A DNA stretch of 64,000 bases from Clostridia bacterium (GTDB taxonomy: Bacteria > Bacillota > Clostridia > UMGS1883). Each line of letters opens with the position of its first letter. Positions within the stretch are counted from its first letter, which is position 1. Under the pieces are notes generated by a model. The model ran no database searches. It saw only the letters and a list, made by a program, of their open reading frames with translations, and was not told the DNA's origin. The position numbers and the translations under genes were made by a program. The DNA lies in the NCBI GenBank assembly GCA_045546275.1, contig JAZQCM010000042.1:3864-67863 (forward strand). The letters run 5' to 3'. Below are positions 30,389 through 38,690 of this stretch, piece by piece.

Positions 30389-30866
30389 GATTCATCTTTT
30401 CAGCAATTTCTTTTTCTAAATTGCGCATAATTTTGCCGTCTTCCTCCTCAATATGGTCAAAGCCCATAAGATGGAGTGCTGAGTGGAGCGACAAAAATCC
30501 AACTTCACGGATAAGCGAATGTTCATATTCAATTCTCTGTGCCTCAGCTTTTTCCAAGCTGAGCATAATATCACCCAGTAAAAGTGTGTCGCCCTCGTAG
30601 TCGCCTTCTGTTATCAAGGCTTCGCCATCGGGTGAAAACTCAATTATGGGGAAGGAAAGCACATCGGTTTCCCTGTCAATTTTACGGTACAAGGAATTAA
30701 TTTCCTTAATTTTTTCATTGTCGGTAATGGTAACGCTTACCTGACATTTTACATCTCCCCACTCTAAAATGTCAAGGGTTGTGTTTACCGCAAGGCGGAT
30801 AATATCTTCAAGCTCTTTGGTAAAGGGGAGCTTGTCCTGCTCGTTTTCAAATATAAAATCTACCAT
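30378..30866 (-). CDS. ybeY: rRNA maturation endoribonuclease YbeY.
   Basis: HSALHLMGFDH (H3xH5xH zinc motif). Confidence 0.92.
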   Translation of the reverse strand: MVDFIFENEQDKLPFTKELEDIIRLAVNTTLDILEWGDVKCQVSVTITDNEKIKEINSLYRKIDRETDVLSFPIIEFSPDGEALITEGDYEGDTLLLGDIMLSLEKAEAQRIEYEHSLIREVGFLSLHSALHLMGFDHIEEEDGKIMRNLEKEIAEKMNLVR

Positions 30867-32899
30867 TATTTCTGCTCCTTATTTTCAGGGTAAAGAATTC
30901 TCTTGTGGAAATACTGCTCTAAGGTTGTCACAAAGGATTCCTTTACGCATTTTAAATCACTAAAGGTAAGGGAAGAGTTGGAAAGCTGACCTTCGGATAT
31001 TCTTGAAGAAATTATTTTGTCAATAACCTCACCTGCGTCTCCCTTGCCGCTTTCGCGCACTGCTCTCACAGCCGCTTCGCAAGCGTCCGCAAGCATTATG
31101 ATTGTGGCTTCCTTTGTTTTAGGTTTAGGTCCGGGGTAAGTAAAGAGCGATGTGTCAACATCGGCATTTTTTTCTTTAGCCTTGTACAAAAAGTAGGAGG
31201 TTGTGGTTGTGCCATGATGCTGAGCAATAATGTCCTTAACTGCACTGGGCAGTCGGTACTGCTCTGCTAAATGAACGCCGTCGGATACGTGCTTTAAAAG
31301 AATATCGGCACTTTCTTCCGGGGGGAGTAAGTCATGAGGGTTATTGTCGCCTAACTGATTTTCCTTAAAATAATGAGCCTGCTCGGTTTTTCCAATGTCG
31401 TGGTAATATGCACCAACTCTTGCTAAAAGGGGGTTTGCGCCAATTGCATTAGCTGCCGCTTCTGCCATGTTGGCAACGGTTAATGAGTGGTGATATGTGC
31501 CGGGAGCCTTCAAAAGCATTGTTTTTAAAAGCTTGTGCTCAGGGTTTGAAAGCTCGCCTAATTTCATGGGGGTAATAACGTCAAAAATTGCTTCCCAGAA
31601 GGGGATTGTGCCTATGGCAAGAATTCCGCCGAAAAAGCATCCTAAAAAGGAAATTCCGAAATTTTTGAAAACGTCAATTAAATCCTTTGCACCGTTAAGT
31701 GAAAGGGTTGTGTAAATAAGTGCGTATGTAAATGCCGAAACAACCGTTGCAGGAAGAAGGTGTGCACGGCGACGTACCTTTGAAAAGTAAAAGCCTGTTG
31801 CAATACCCGAAATAATAACTGCAAAGGAAAGAATGTAATCTTCGGTGTGAATTGCTACAAGAGAAGCAATTATAATGTTTACAACACCTGCAAGGCTTCC
31901 CGAAAGAAGAAGTGAAATAAGTGCAGGAATAATTGAAAGCGCCATAATAAAGAACAGATTGTTTTCTTTATCAAAGGTGAAAAACATTACAACTGCACCA
32001 ATGCATACTAAAAGTGAGCATATAAAGGTGGTTGCAACCATTGTTGCACTTATTTTTCCGCGTTCAATTTTAAGATAGTACAATACAGAAAGTAAAAGAG
32101 TTATTAAAAGTATTAAAATAGTGCTTACAATACGGGAATAATCAACAGAGCTTTCACCGCTTATAAAGCCAAGCTGTGTAAGCATTGTGTACTGCGCCTG
32201 TGTGATAATATCGCCCTTACGTGCAATTACCTGGTTTTTAAGATAAACCACATCTTTTACAGACTCTCTCTTTATACGGCGCTGATTTTCAGTTTCCTCA
32301 ACATCAACACTTTTGTTAAGAGTAATTACCTCTGATGCAATTTCAAAGGCAATATTTTCGGAAGATGAGGGCAGGTGATGTGTTGAAAGAAGCATATCAA
32401 ACTCATTTAATGCATCAACGGTGTTTGAAACGCCCTCGGTCATAAGATGCTCTAAAAGCTCGGGTGTTACCTTTGACAGTGTGTTAAACTGCTCATCTGT
32501 CAAAGAAAGCGCTGTTTCAAAAATTTCATTGGGCAGACCTGTTGTGTTTTCAATGTCGGGCACAACATCGGGAAAAACTGTCAATGAAATCAAAACCGCT
32601 TTTTCACGGCTGTTGAAAAGCTCGCTTAAAATGTTTTTTGCTCTTGCCACGGTGTTGTTGGTGGTCTCCAAATCCACAACATAAACATCCTTCACACTCT
32701 CAGAGGCAGCATTGCGCCTTGCCTCGGTGGTGGTTGTGTCAACTATGTCACGAGTGGCATAAATATCCTGGGGGCAAACACTGCCAACATTAATGTCAAA
32801 CTGGGTTGAATGTGACATGTCAAAGGTTGTGCCGACCAGCACCCCAAAGGAGATAACTATTAATATAATACAAAGAAGCTTTGAGCGGAACGATATCAT
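30866..32899 (-). CDS. pgpH: 7TM-receptor HD-domain (HDIG) phosphohydrolase, PgpH/YqfF-like (c-di-AMP phosphodiesterase family).
   Basis: N-terminal extracellular 7TMR-HDED region, a seven-TM core, and C-terminal HD motifs (HHSLTVANMAEAAA, YYHDIGK). It sits in the conserved phoH-yqfF-ybeY context. Confidence 0.8.
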   Translation of the reverse strand: MISFRSKLLCIILIVISFGVLVGTTFDMSHSTQFDINVGSVCPQDIYATRDIVDTTTTEARRNAASESVKDVYVVDLETTNNTVARAKNILSELFNSREKAVLISLTVFPDVVPDIENTTGLPNEIFETALSLTDEQFNTLSKVTPELLEHLMTEGVSNTVDALNEFDMLLSTHHLPSSSENIAFEIASEVITLNKSVDVEETENQRRIKRESVKDVVYLKNQVIARKGDIITQAQYTMLTQLGFISGESSVDYSRIVSTILILLITLLLSVLYYLKIERGKISATMVATTFICSLLVCIGAVVMFFTFDKENNLFFIMALSIIPALISLLLSGSLAGVVNIIIASLVAIHTEDYILSFAVIISGIATGFYFSKVRRRAHLLPATVVSAFTYALIYTTLSLNGAKDLIDVFKNFGISFLGCFFGGILAIGTIPFWEAIFDVITPMKLGELSNPEHKLLKTMLLKAPGTYHHSLTVANMAEAAANAIGANPLLARVGAYYHDIGKTEQAHYFKENQLGDNNPHDLLPPEESADILLKHVSDGVHLAEQYRLPSAVKDIIAQHHGTTTTSYFLYKAKEKNADVDTSLFTYPGPKPKTKEATIIMLADACEAAVRAVRESGKGDAGEVIDKIISSRISEGQLSNSSLTFSDLKCVKESFVTTLEQYFHKRILYPENKEQK

Positions 32900-32910
32900 A
32901 TTACAACTCC

Positions 32911-33888
32911 TTATCTTTGGTTTTTCTTGTTTTCATACCTTTCGTAGGCGGCAATAATTTTCTGCACAAGAGGATGACGGACAATATCAGATGCGGAAAG
33001 TCGGCAGATTTCCAAACCTTCTATGCCGTTTAAAATTTTAACTGCTTCCTTAAGACCGCTTCTTTTTCCGTCGGGCAGGTCAATCTGGGTAACGTCGCCT
33101 GTTATTACGCATTTTGAGCCAAACCCAATTCTTGTTAAGAACATTTTCATCTGTTCTGGGGTGGTGTTTTGTGCTTCGTCAAGTATGATAAATGCATCGT
33201 CCAGGGTTCTTCCTCGCATGTAAGCCAAGGGTGCAACCTCAATGGAGCCACGTTCAACATACTTCTGGTAGTTTTCAAAGCCCAACATATCAGCCAAAGC
33301 ATCGTACAAGGGCCTTAAATAGGGGTCAACCTTCATTTGCAAATCCCCCGGCAAAAAGCCAAGCTTTTCACCTGCTTCAACGGCAGGTCTCGTAAGAATA
33401 ATTTTCGAAACCTCTTTACGGCGGAAAGCATCCACAGCCATTGCAACTGCAAGGTAGGTTTTGCCTGTGCCTGCAGGACCTATTGCAATTACAACTGTGT
33501 TGTCCTTAATTTTGTCAACATAAGCCTTCTGACCCTTTGTTTTGCACTTTACGGGTCTGCCCTTGGCGCTTATGCAAATTGTGTCGGCGCTTTTGGAATA
33601 GTCACAGCTGAGCCCTGCCTGAGCCATGTCAATAGCGTAGCGGACCGACTGCTCGTTTATTTCCTCGCCTGTGTTATGAAGTGCAAAAAGGTTGTCAAGA
33701 ACATTTGCCGCCTTTTCGCAGGAAGTATCATCGCCTGTTATTTTTATTGTTTCGCCACGGTTTGTAACCGAAACTGAAAACGCCTTTTCAATAAGCTTTA
33801 CGTTAAAGTCAAAGCTGCCGAAAACGGCGCTGATTTCATCAATTGTCTGTGCCTGAATAATTCTCTCCAAAGTTAATCCTCCGTTCAA
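32911..33888 (-). CDS. phoH: PhoH-family ATPase.
   Basis: VIAIGPAGTGKTYLAVAMAV (Walker A), IILDEAQN. The listed N-terminus overlaps the yqfD stop by 50 nt, so the true start may be a downstream non-ATG codon. Confidence 0.88.
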   Translation of the reverse strand: MNGGLTLERIIQAQTIDEISAVFGSFDFNVKLIEKAFSVSVTNRGETIKITGDDTSCEKAANVLDNLFALHNTGEEINEQSVRYAIDMAQAGLSCDYSKSADTICISAKGRPVKCKTKGQKAYVDKIKDNTVVIAIGPAGTGKTYLAVAMAVDAFRRKEVSKIILTRPAVEAGEKLGFLPGDLQMKVDPYLRPLYDALADMLGFENYQKYVERGSIEVAPLAYMRGRTLDDAFIILDEAQNTTPEQMKMFLTRIGFGSKCVITGDVTQIDLPDGKRSGLKEAVKILNGIEGLEICRLSASDIVRHPLVQKIIAAYERYENKKNQR

Positions 33889-35026
33889 TTCCTATGGGCT
33901 GCTCACAAAGTGACTTTAAGGTTATTGATAAATAATCGCCCATGTCAGCGGAATATATGTCTATCGTATCTACACTAAGACCCTTTTGTATAAGCTCGTT
34001 GTAAAAAACCGCTTTGTGGTTTTCAATAAGCTTTTCAATGTCTGTGTCCTTGTAGGTTACTGTTACTTCTCTGTATTCTTTTTTGTTGAAGGAAACAGGA
34101 AAAAACAGAAAATCCCTACTATAATCTATAATATCATATTCCGGGTATAAAATGCTACTGTTTATGAAAAGTTTTATGGGAAAATTTAAAAAATTTATGG
34201 TTAAATGTTCACATTTTTCTCCTGTTGGGGTGCGTATTTCTTCTTTTTTGTAAATATTCACTTCTTTTGTTTGCCACACAAGCCCGTAAACCTCACCTGT
34301 GGCATGAGTTGGGGCGGTTTCAGTTTCGGAAATTGTTTTTACCCCCTCGATTAAAAGTCCCCCTTTCAAAACCACATCTCCCTCTCTTACCCTTGCAGTG
34401 CCGCCTGTTGCAAGCACACGGGTAACAATTGCATCCTCAGATGAATACACATTGCAAAAATCCTTTTCGTCAAAAACCTTTGGGGGGAGAGTGCGGGGAG
34501 CGTATTTCACAATGGCGCTTGCGCCCTTAAGGTCAACCCACACCCACAAAAGGTCGTTGTTCCGGATTAAAAGCTGGTTTTTAACAAAGGACTGGTCAAT
34601 TGAAAATTTAAAAGCACCACGCTTTACGCCTAAAGCCGAAAGCTCTTCAAGGAGCCTTTTTTCCATCTGAACATCGCAGTCAACTATGTTAACATTCCAG
34701 ATTATACAGGTTGAAAAAAACAGCACCAAAGAAAGGAAAATGGGCAAAAAAAGTGCAATTTTCCTGTTTTTCAAGCTTTTCACAAGGGCAACAAAGCCTT
34801 TTTCCTCAATAACCTTCAGGCTTAGCCCCTCGGGAAGAGGGGAGGCTAAAAGATGCCTTGCCCCTTTACTGCTTACGGAAAAGTGAAGGATTGTTTCCTT
34901 TGGCTTTTCAATGTCGGAAATAAAAATGCCCTCTTCTTTTGCAATGTTTAAAATGCGCTCGGTGTACAAGCCTTCAGCCTGAAGAATTGTGTAGCCGAAA
35001 AGAAAGTTTAAAAGTTTAAGGTTCAT
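33839..35026 (-). CDS. yqfD: Sporulation protein YqfD (stage IV).
   Basis: It occupies the conserved yqfC-yqfD-phoH position. One TM segment and a YqfD-like N-terminus (LLNFLFGYTILQAEGLYTERILNI). Confidence 0.75.
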   Translation of the reverse strand: MNLKLLNFLFGYTILQAEGLYTERILNIAKEEGIFISDIEKPKETILHFSVSSKGARHLLASPLPEGLSLKVIEEKGFVALVKSLKNRKIALFLPIFLSLVLFFSTCIIWNVNIVDCDVQMEKRLLEELSALGVKRGAFKFSIDQSFVKNQLLIRNNDLLWVWVDLKGASAIVKYAPRTLPPKVFDEKDFCNVYSSEDAIVTRVLATGGTARVREGDVVLKGGLLIEGVKTISETETAPTHATGEVYGLVWQTKEVNIYKKEEIRTPTGEKCEHLTINFLNFPIKLFINSSILYPEYDIIDYSRDFLFFPVSFNKKEYREVTVTYKDTDIEKLIENHKAVFYNELIQKGLSVDTIDIYSADMGDYLSITLKSLCEQPIGIERRINFGENYSGTDN

Positions 35027-35034
35027 AAATCCTC

Positions 35035-35301
35035 CTACTCAAAGCTGATTATATGTATTTGTCCTGTTATACGAACGCTTTCGTCGGTCATTACCGGGAT
35101 TTTAAGATTATGTCCGTCAAGCTTTAAAATACCGTCGGTTGTGTTTATTCTGGCAGAAGTGGGCGAAAAGTCCAAAAGAGATTTAAAATTGTCAATCTCG
35201 GCACAGCTTGTGCCGTAAATAATAATATTGGGAAGGTCAGTAAAAGCCCCTGTTTTCATGTCAAGAAGGTTTTCCGCACCTGTCAAAAGCTTTTTTTTCA
35301 T
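35035..35301 (-). CDS. yqfC: Sporulation protein YqfC.
   Basis: An 88-aa protein immediately upstream of yqfD. Confidence 0.7.
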   Translation of the reverse strand: MKKKLLTGAENLLDMKTGAFTDLPNIIIYGTSCAEIDNFKSLLDFSPTSARINTTDGILKLDGHNLKIPVMTDESVRITGQIHIISFE

Positions 35302-35361
35302 AAAATTATCCTTTCTGTATTAATATATTTAACATATATTTATTACAAAGGCAGGGATATT

Positions 35362-36324
35362 ATGTTTTTATTAATCTTACTCATACTTGTTCTTTTTCCG
35401 AAAGACGCTTCAATGGGGGCACAGGAAGGCATTAAAATGGCTTTTGAGGTTGTGATTGTTTCCATTTTGCCCTTTGCAATATGTGCCTCCGGTGTGGTAT
35501 ATTCAGGCTTGGCAAGGGTAATAGGTGCAGTTTTTTCGCCTGTATTCACAAAGGTTTTCGGACTAAGCCCCTATGGTGCAGTAGCCCTTATGTCGGGTAT
35601 GTTAGGTGGTTACCCTACAGGGAGTAAGGTTATCTGCGATATGATTGAAGAGGGTGTTATAACTAAAAGTGAGGGTGAAAAAATGCTTTCCTACTCCAAT
35701 GTGGGAGGCTTGGTTTTTTCTTTGAATGTGGTGGGGAAAACTGCCTTCGGTTCTTACAAAACCGGAATTACAATATACATAATACATATTCTTGCAACCC
35801 TTATTACAGCCTCTCTTTTAAACAAAAGAGAAAAGCATTATCTTAACATAAAGGATGAAATCTATTTTTATAAAAAACAAAAAAAGCCCCTTATGGCAAT
35901 TGTTGGGAAAAGCATTGCCTCGGGGGGAAGTGTTATGATAAGCATTGTTTCGTCATTTGTTGTTTTTTATGCGGTGATTTTTGCCCTGCAGGTTGAAAAA
36001 GCACCTCTTTTGTGCGGCTTTTTGGAAATGACAAAAGGGGTTATTTATTCGGGGAAAATTAAAAGCATACCACTTGCGGCACTTCTTTTTTCTTTTGGTG
36101 GATTGTCGGTTTTTGCGCAAACAGAAAGCATTTGCGAAAAATGGAATTTAAGCCTTAAGCAGTTTTACAAGGGTAAAATAATAAGCAGTGTAATTTCATA
36201 TTTTTTAGCATGGGGATATGTAAATATAGCATCCTGGGGAAAGGAAGGTTTGGTGCTGACTTTTTGTGCTGTTATGGTTATAGGAACTTCAATTATACTT
36301 ATAAACAAAAAAATTCTCTGTTGA
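35362..36324 (+). CDS. Nucleoside-recognition (Gate) domain membrane protein, YlbJ/SpmAB-like.
   Basis: Polytopic membrane protein of 320 aa with two Gate-like halves (GAVALMSGMLGGYPTG; GGLSVFAQTES). Confidence 0.5.
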   Translation: MFLLILLILVLFPKDASMGAQEGIKMAFEVVIVSILPFAICASGVVYSGLARVIGAVFSPVFTKVFGLSPYGAVALMSGMLGGYPTGSKVICDMIEEGVITKSEGEKMLSYSNVGGLVFSLNVVGKTAFGSYKTGITIYIIHILATLITASLLNKREKHYLNIKDEIYFYKKQKKPLMAIVGKSIASGGSVMISIVSSFVVFYAVIFALQVEKAPLLCGFLEMTKGVIYSGKIKSIPLAALLFSFGGLSVFAQTESICEKWNLSLKQFYKGKIISSVISYFLAWGYVNIASWGKEGLVLTFCAVMVIGTSIILINKKILC

Positions 36325-36343
36325 ATATCAACAGAGAATTTCT

Positions 36344-36547
36344 TTATTTGCTTTCAAGAAAATCGTTAATCTTCTGAACAAGTTCATCAACGTCAACGCC
36401 GTGTACCAATGCTGCCTGTTCCAGACTTTCGCCTGATGCAGAAGGGCAACCTAAGCAGTGCATACCGATTTCGAAAAAGATAGGAGCTGTTTCGGGGTCG
36501 ATACGTAAAACGTCCATAATAATTGTGTCCTTTGTTACCTGAGCCAT
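36344..36547 (-). CDS. DUF1858 redox-disulfide domain protein (associated with hybrid-cluster proteins).
   Basis: MAQVTKDTIIMDVLRIDPETAPIFFEIGMHCLGCPSASGESLEQAALVHGVDVDELVQKINDF (CxxC). Confidence 0.8.
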   Translation of the reverse strand: MAQVTKDTIIMDVLRIDPETAPIFFEIGMHCLGCPSASGESLEQAALVHGVDVDELVQKINDFLESK

Positions 36548-36732
36548 TTCATTTACCTCCGTTCATTTTTAATAATTATATAAAGTATTGGCTAAAGAGT
36601 CAAGACCAATTCGTAAAAAAACCATAAAAAAGGAGCTTGTAAAATTATGCAAGCAAACGTCGAAAACGAAAAAATAAATTAATTATGTAAACTAATGTTT
36701 AAAGGGTTTTGTACATTTTGGAAAACTTAAAA

Positions 36733-36837
36733 CTTTCCACCAAAAACAATTGCAAACCCTGTGGAAAATGTGGAAAAGTTTATGGAAAACCGCAAAATGA
36801 GGCTCTAAAACATGTGGAAAACTCAAATATTCCACAG
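36733..36837 (+). promoter_or_regulatory. Cluster of TGTGGAAAA motifs in a gene-free region.
   Basis: Perfect copies at 36760-36768 and 36769-36777 (direct tandem) and at 36813-36821. A partial copy aTGGAAAAc at 36783. Inverted half-sites ttccacc (36734) and ttccacag (36830). Confidence 0.4.
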
Positions 36838-36884
36838 AGCTGAATTTTTAAACAAGCTAAATAGGTTTACATAATCAATGCGAA

Positions 36885-36925
36885 TTTGCGAACCCTCGCA
36901 AACCCTTGTTTTATCGGCTTTTTTG
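36885..36925 (+). terminator. Terminator-like hairpin closing a putative + strand sRNA in the 36.6-36.9 kb gap.
   Basis: tttgcga-accc-tcgcaaa followed by cccttgttttatcggctttttt. Confidence 0.35.
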
Positions 36926-36942
36926 TCGAAACGAAAATATAT

Positions 36943-36971
36943 TGACCTTTATATGAATTTAGTATAAAATA
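36943..36971 (+). promoter_or_regulatory. Sigma-A promoter of rnc.
   Basis: TTGACC-17 nt-TAAAAT. Confidence 0.5.
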
Positions 36972-36992
36972 ATGCAGGAGAGGATGAAAAAT

Positions 36993-37661
36993 ATGAATCT
37001 TGAAATTTTGGAAAAAAATTTAGGTTATAAATTTAATAATATTGAGCTTTTAAAACGAGCAATTACCCATACATCCTATGCAAACGAAAGAAAAATAGAA
37101 AGCTACGAAAGGCTGGAGTTTTTGGGCGATGCAGTGCTCCAGATGCTCACAAGCAGGTACATATATTTAAACTTTCCCACCTTCCCCGAGGGGAAAATGA
37201 GCAGAATGCGTGCAAATATTGTTTGCGAAGGAACATTGTTCCAGATTGCAAAAAAGCTCGAAATTGATAAATTCGCATACCTTGGAAAGGGTGAGGAATT
37301 AACAGGCGGAAGAGAGCGTCCTTCAATCCTTGCCGACATGGTAGAAGCAATCCTTGCCGCAATTTACCTTGATGGAGGCATTGAAAAGGCACGTGAAATT
37401 ATTTTTGATGCATATGGTGATATTATAAATTCCGCAGCCGAAGGCAAGCTTAACCGTGATTACAAAACGGCACTTCAGGAAAAGCTTCAGGAAAATGGCA
37501 GTGTGAAAATAGAGTACCACCTTGTAAAAGAGGAGGGACCTTCTCACAATAAGCTTTTCACAATGGCTGTATGTGTGGACAATAAAATTTTAGGCGCAGG
37601 AAGCGGAAAAACCAAGCAGGAAGCACAGCAAATGGCTGCAAAGGAAGCTTTAGGTGAGTAA
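36993..37661 (+). CDS. rnc: Ribonuclease III.
   Basis: ERLEFLGDAVL signature with a C-terminal dsRBD. Start chosen at MNLEIL, with RBS ggagagga upstream. The ATG at 36972 would lie at the predicted TSS. Confidence 0.92.
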   Translation: MNLEILEKNLGYKFNNIELLKRAITHTSYANERKIESYERLEFLGDAVLQMLTSRYIYLNFPTFPEGKMSRMRANIVCEGTLFQIAKKLEIDKFAYLGKGEELTGGRERPSILADMVEAILAAIYLDGGIEKAREIIFDAYGDIINSAAEGKLNRDYKTALQEKLQENGSVKIEYHLVKEEGPSHNKLFTMAVCVDNKILGAGSGKTKQEAQQMAAKEALGE

Positions 37662-38640
37662 AATGGCAAACATTCCGATTTTTATCCCTCATGTGGGTTG
37701 TAAAAACGAGTGCATTTTTTGCAATCAAAGGTCAATAACCGGTGAAAACAGTATACCTTCCTTTACCGAAACCGATAATATTATAAAAGAGCATCTCAAA
37801 ACTCTTGCCGAAAAACCCCAGATTGCATTTTTCGGAGGCAGTTTTACAGGTATAGGGGAAGAATTGATGGAGGGGTATTTAAAAATTGCCCATAAGTATG
37901 TAAAGGCAGGGAAAGTGTGGGGCATACGCCTTTCGACCCGCCCTGATTATATTAACGAAAAAATCCTTGAAATATTAAAACAATACTCCGTTACAAACAT
38001 TGAACTTGGTGCTCAGAGTCTTGACGATACCATTTTAAGGCTTGCAAACCGTGGACACGACAGCGAGTGTGTTAAAAAAGCAAGTGAAATGATAGTAGAA
38101 GCAGGCTTTAACTTAGGACTGCAAATGATGGTTGGTCTTCCCGGTGACAGCTACGAAAAAAGCATAGGAACCGCAAAAAAAATTGTTTCCTTTGGTGCGA
38201 AGGAAACAAGGATTTACCCCACGGTTATAATAAAAAACACAGCACTTAACGAAATGTATGAAAAAAGGGAGTTTACACCATTAAGCTTTGATGAGGCAAT
38301 TAACATTTCTGCTGATTGCTACAGTATTTTTCATGAAAACAACGTAAAAGTGTTACGAATAGGACTTCCTGCTTCAGAGCACCTTAAAGAAAGCGTGACG
38401 GGCGGTTTTTACCACGAAGCAATAGGCGAAATGGTGTATTCAAGAGTTATCCGCAACAACATAGAAAAGTGCGAGGGAAATGCTCTTATAGAATACAACC
38501 ATAGGTTTTTGAGTAAAGTTTTGGGTCAAAAACGTGAAAACATAAAATACTTTGAAAAAAAGGGCATACACGTCACTTTAAAAGAGGAAAATTCCCTTCC
38601 CGGAGTGCGTATAAACGGAAAAATTGTGTTGACATTTTGA
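37654..38640 (+). CDS. Radical SAM protein of unknown function (ELP3/TIGR01212-like core without an acetyltransferase domain).
   Basis: IPHVGCKNECIFCNQ (Cx3Cx2C). It overlaps the rnc stop. Confidence 0.75.
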   Translation: MSKMANIPIFIPHVGCKNECIFCNQRSITGENSIPSFTETDNIIKEHLKTLAEKPQIAFFGGSFTGIGEELMEGYLKIAHKYVKAGKVWGIRLSTRPDYINEKILEILKQYSVTNIELGAQSLDDTILRLANRGHDSECVKKASEMIVEAGFNLGLQMMVGLPGDSYEKSIGTAKKIVSFGAKETRIYPTVIIKNTALNEMYEKREFTPLSFDEAINISADCYSIFHENNVKVLRIGLPASEHLKESVTGGFYHEAIGEMVYSRVIRNNIEKCEGNALIEYNHRFLSKVLGQKRENIKYFEKKGIHVTLKEENSLPGVRINGKIVLTF

Positions 38641-38690
38641 CATAAAAAATATAAAATAATATGAGTATATATACAAAAGGAGTGACCAAT

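Noticed and set aside
36648-36683. An 11-codon ORF (MQANVENEKIN) with a weak RBS in the gene-free region.
   Set aside because: It is too short and unconserved-looking to call. It is noted only as context for the candidate sRNA region.
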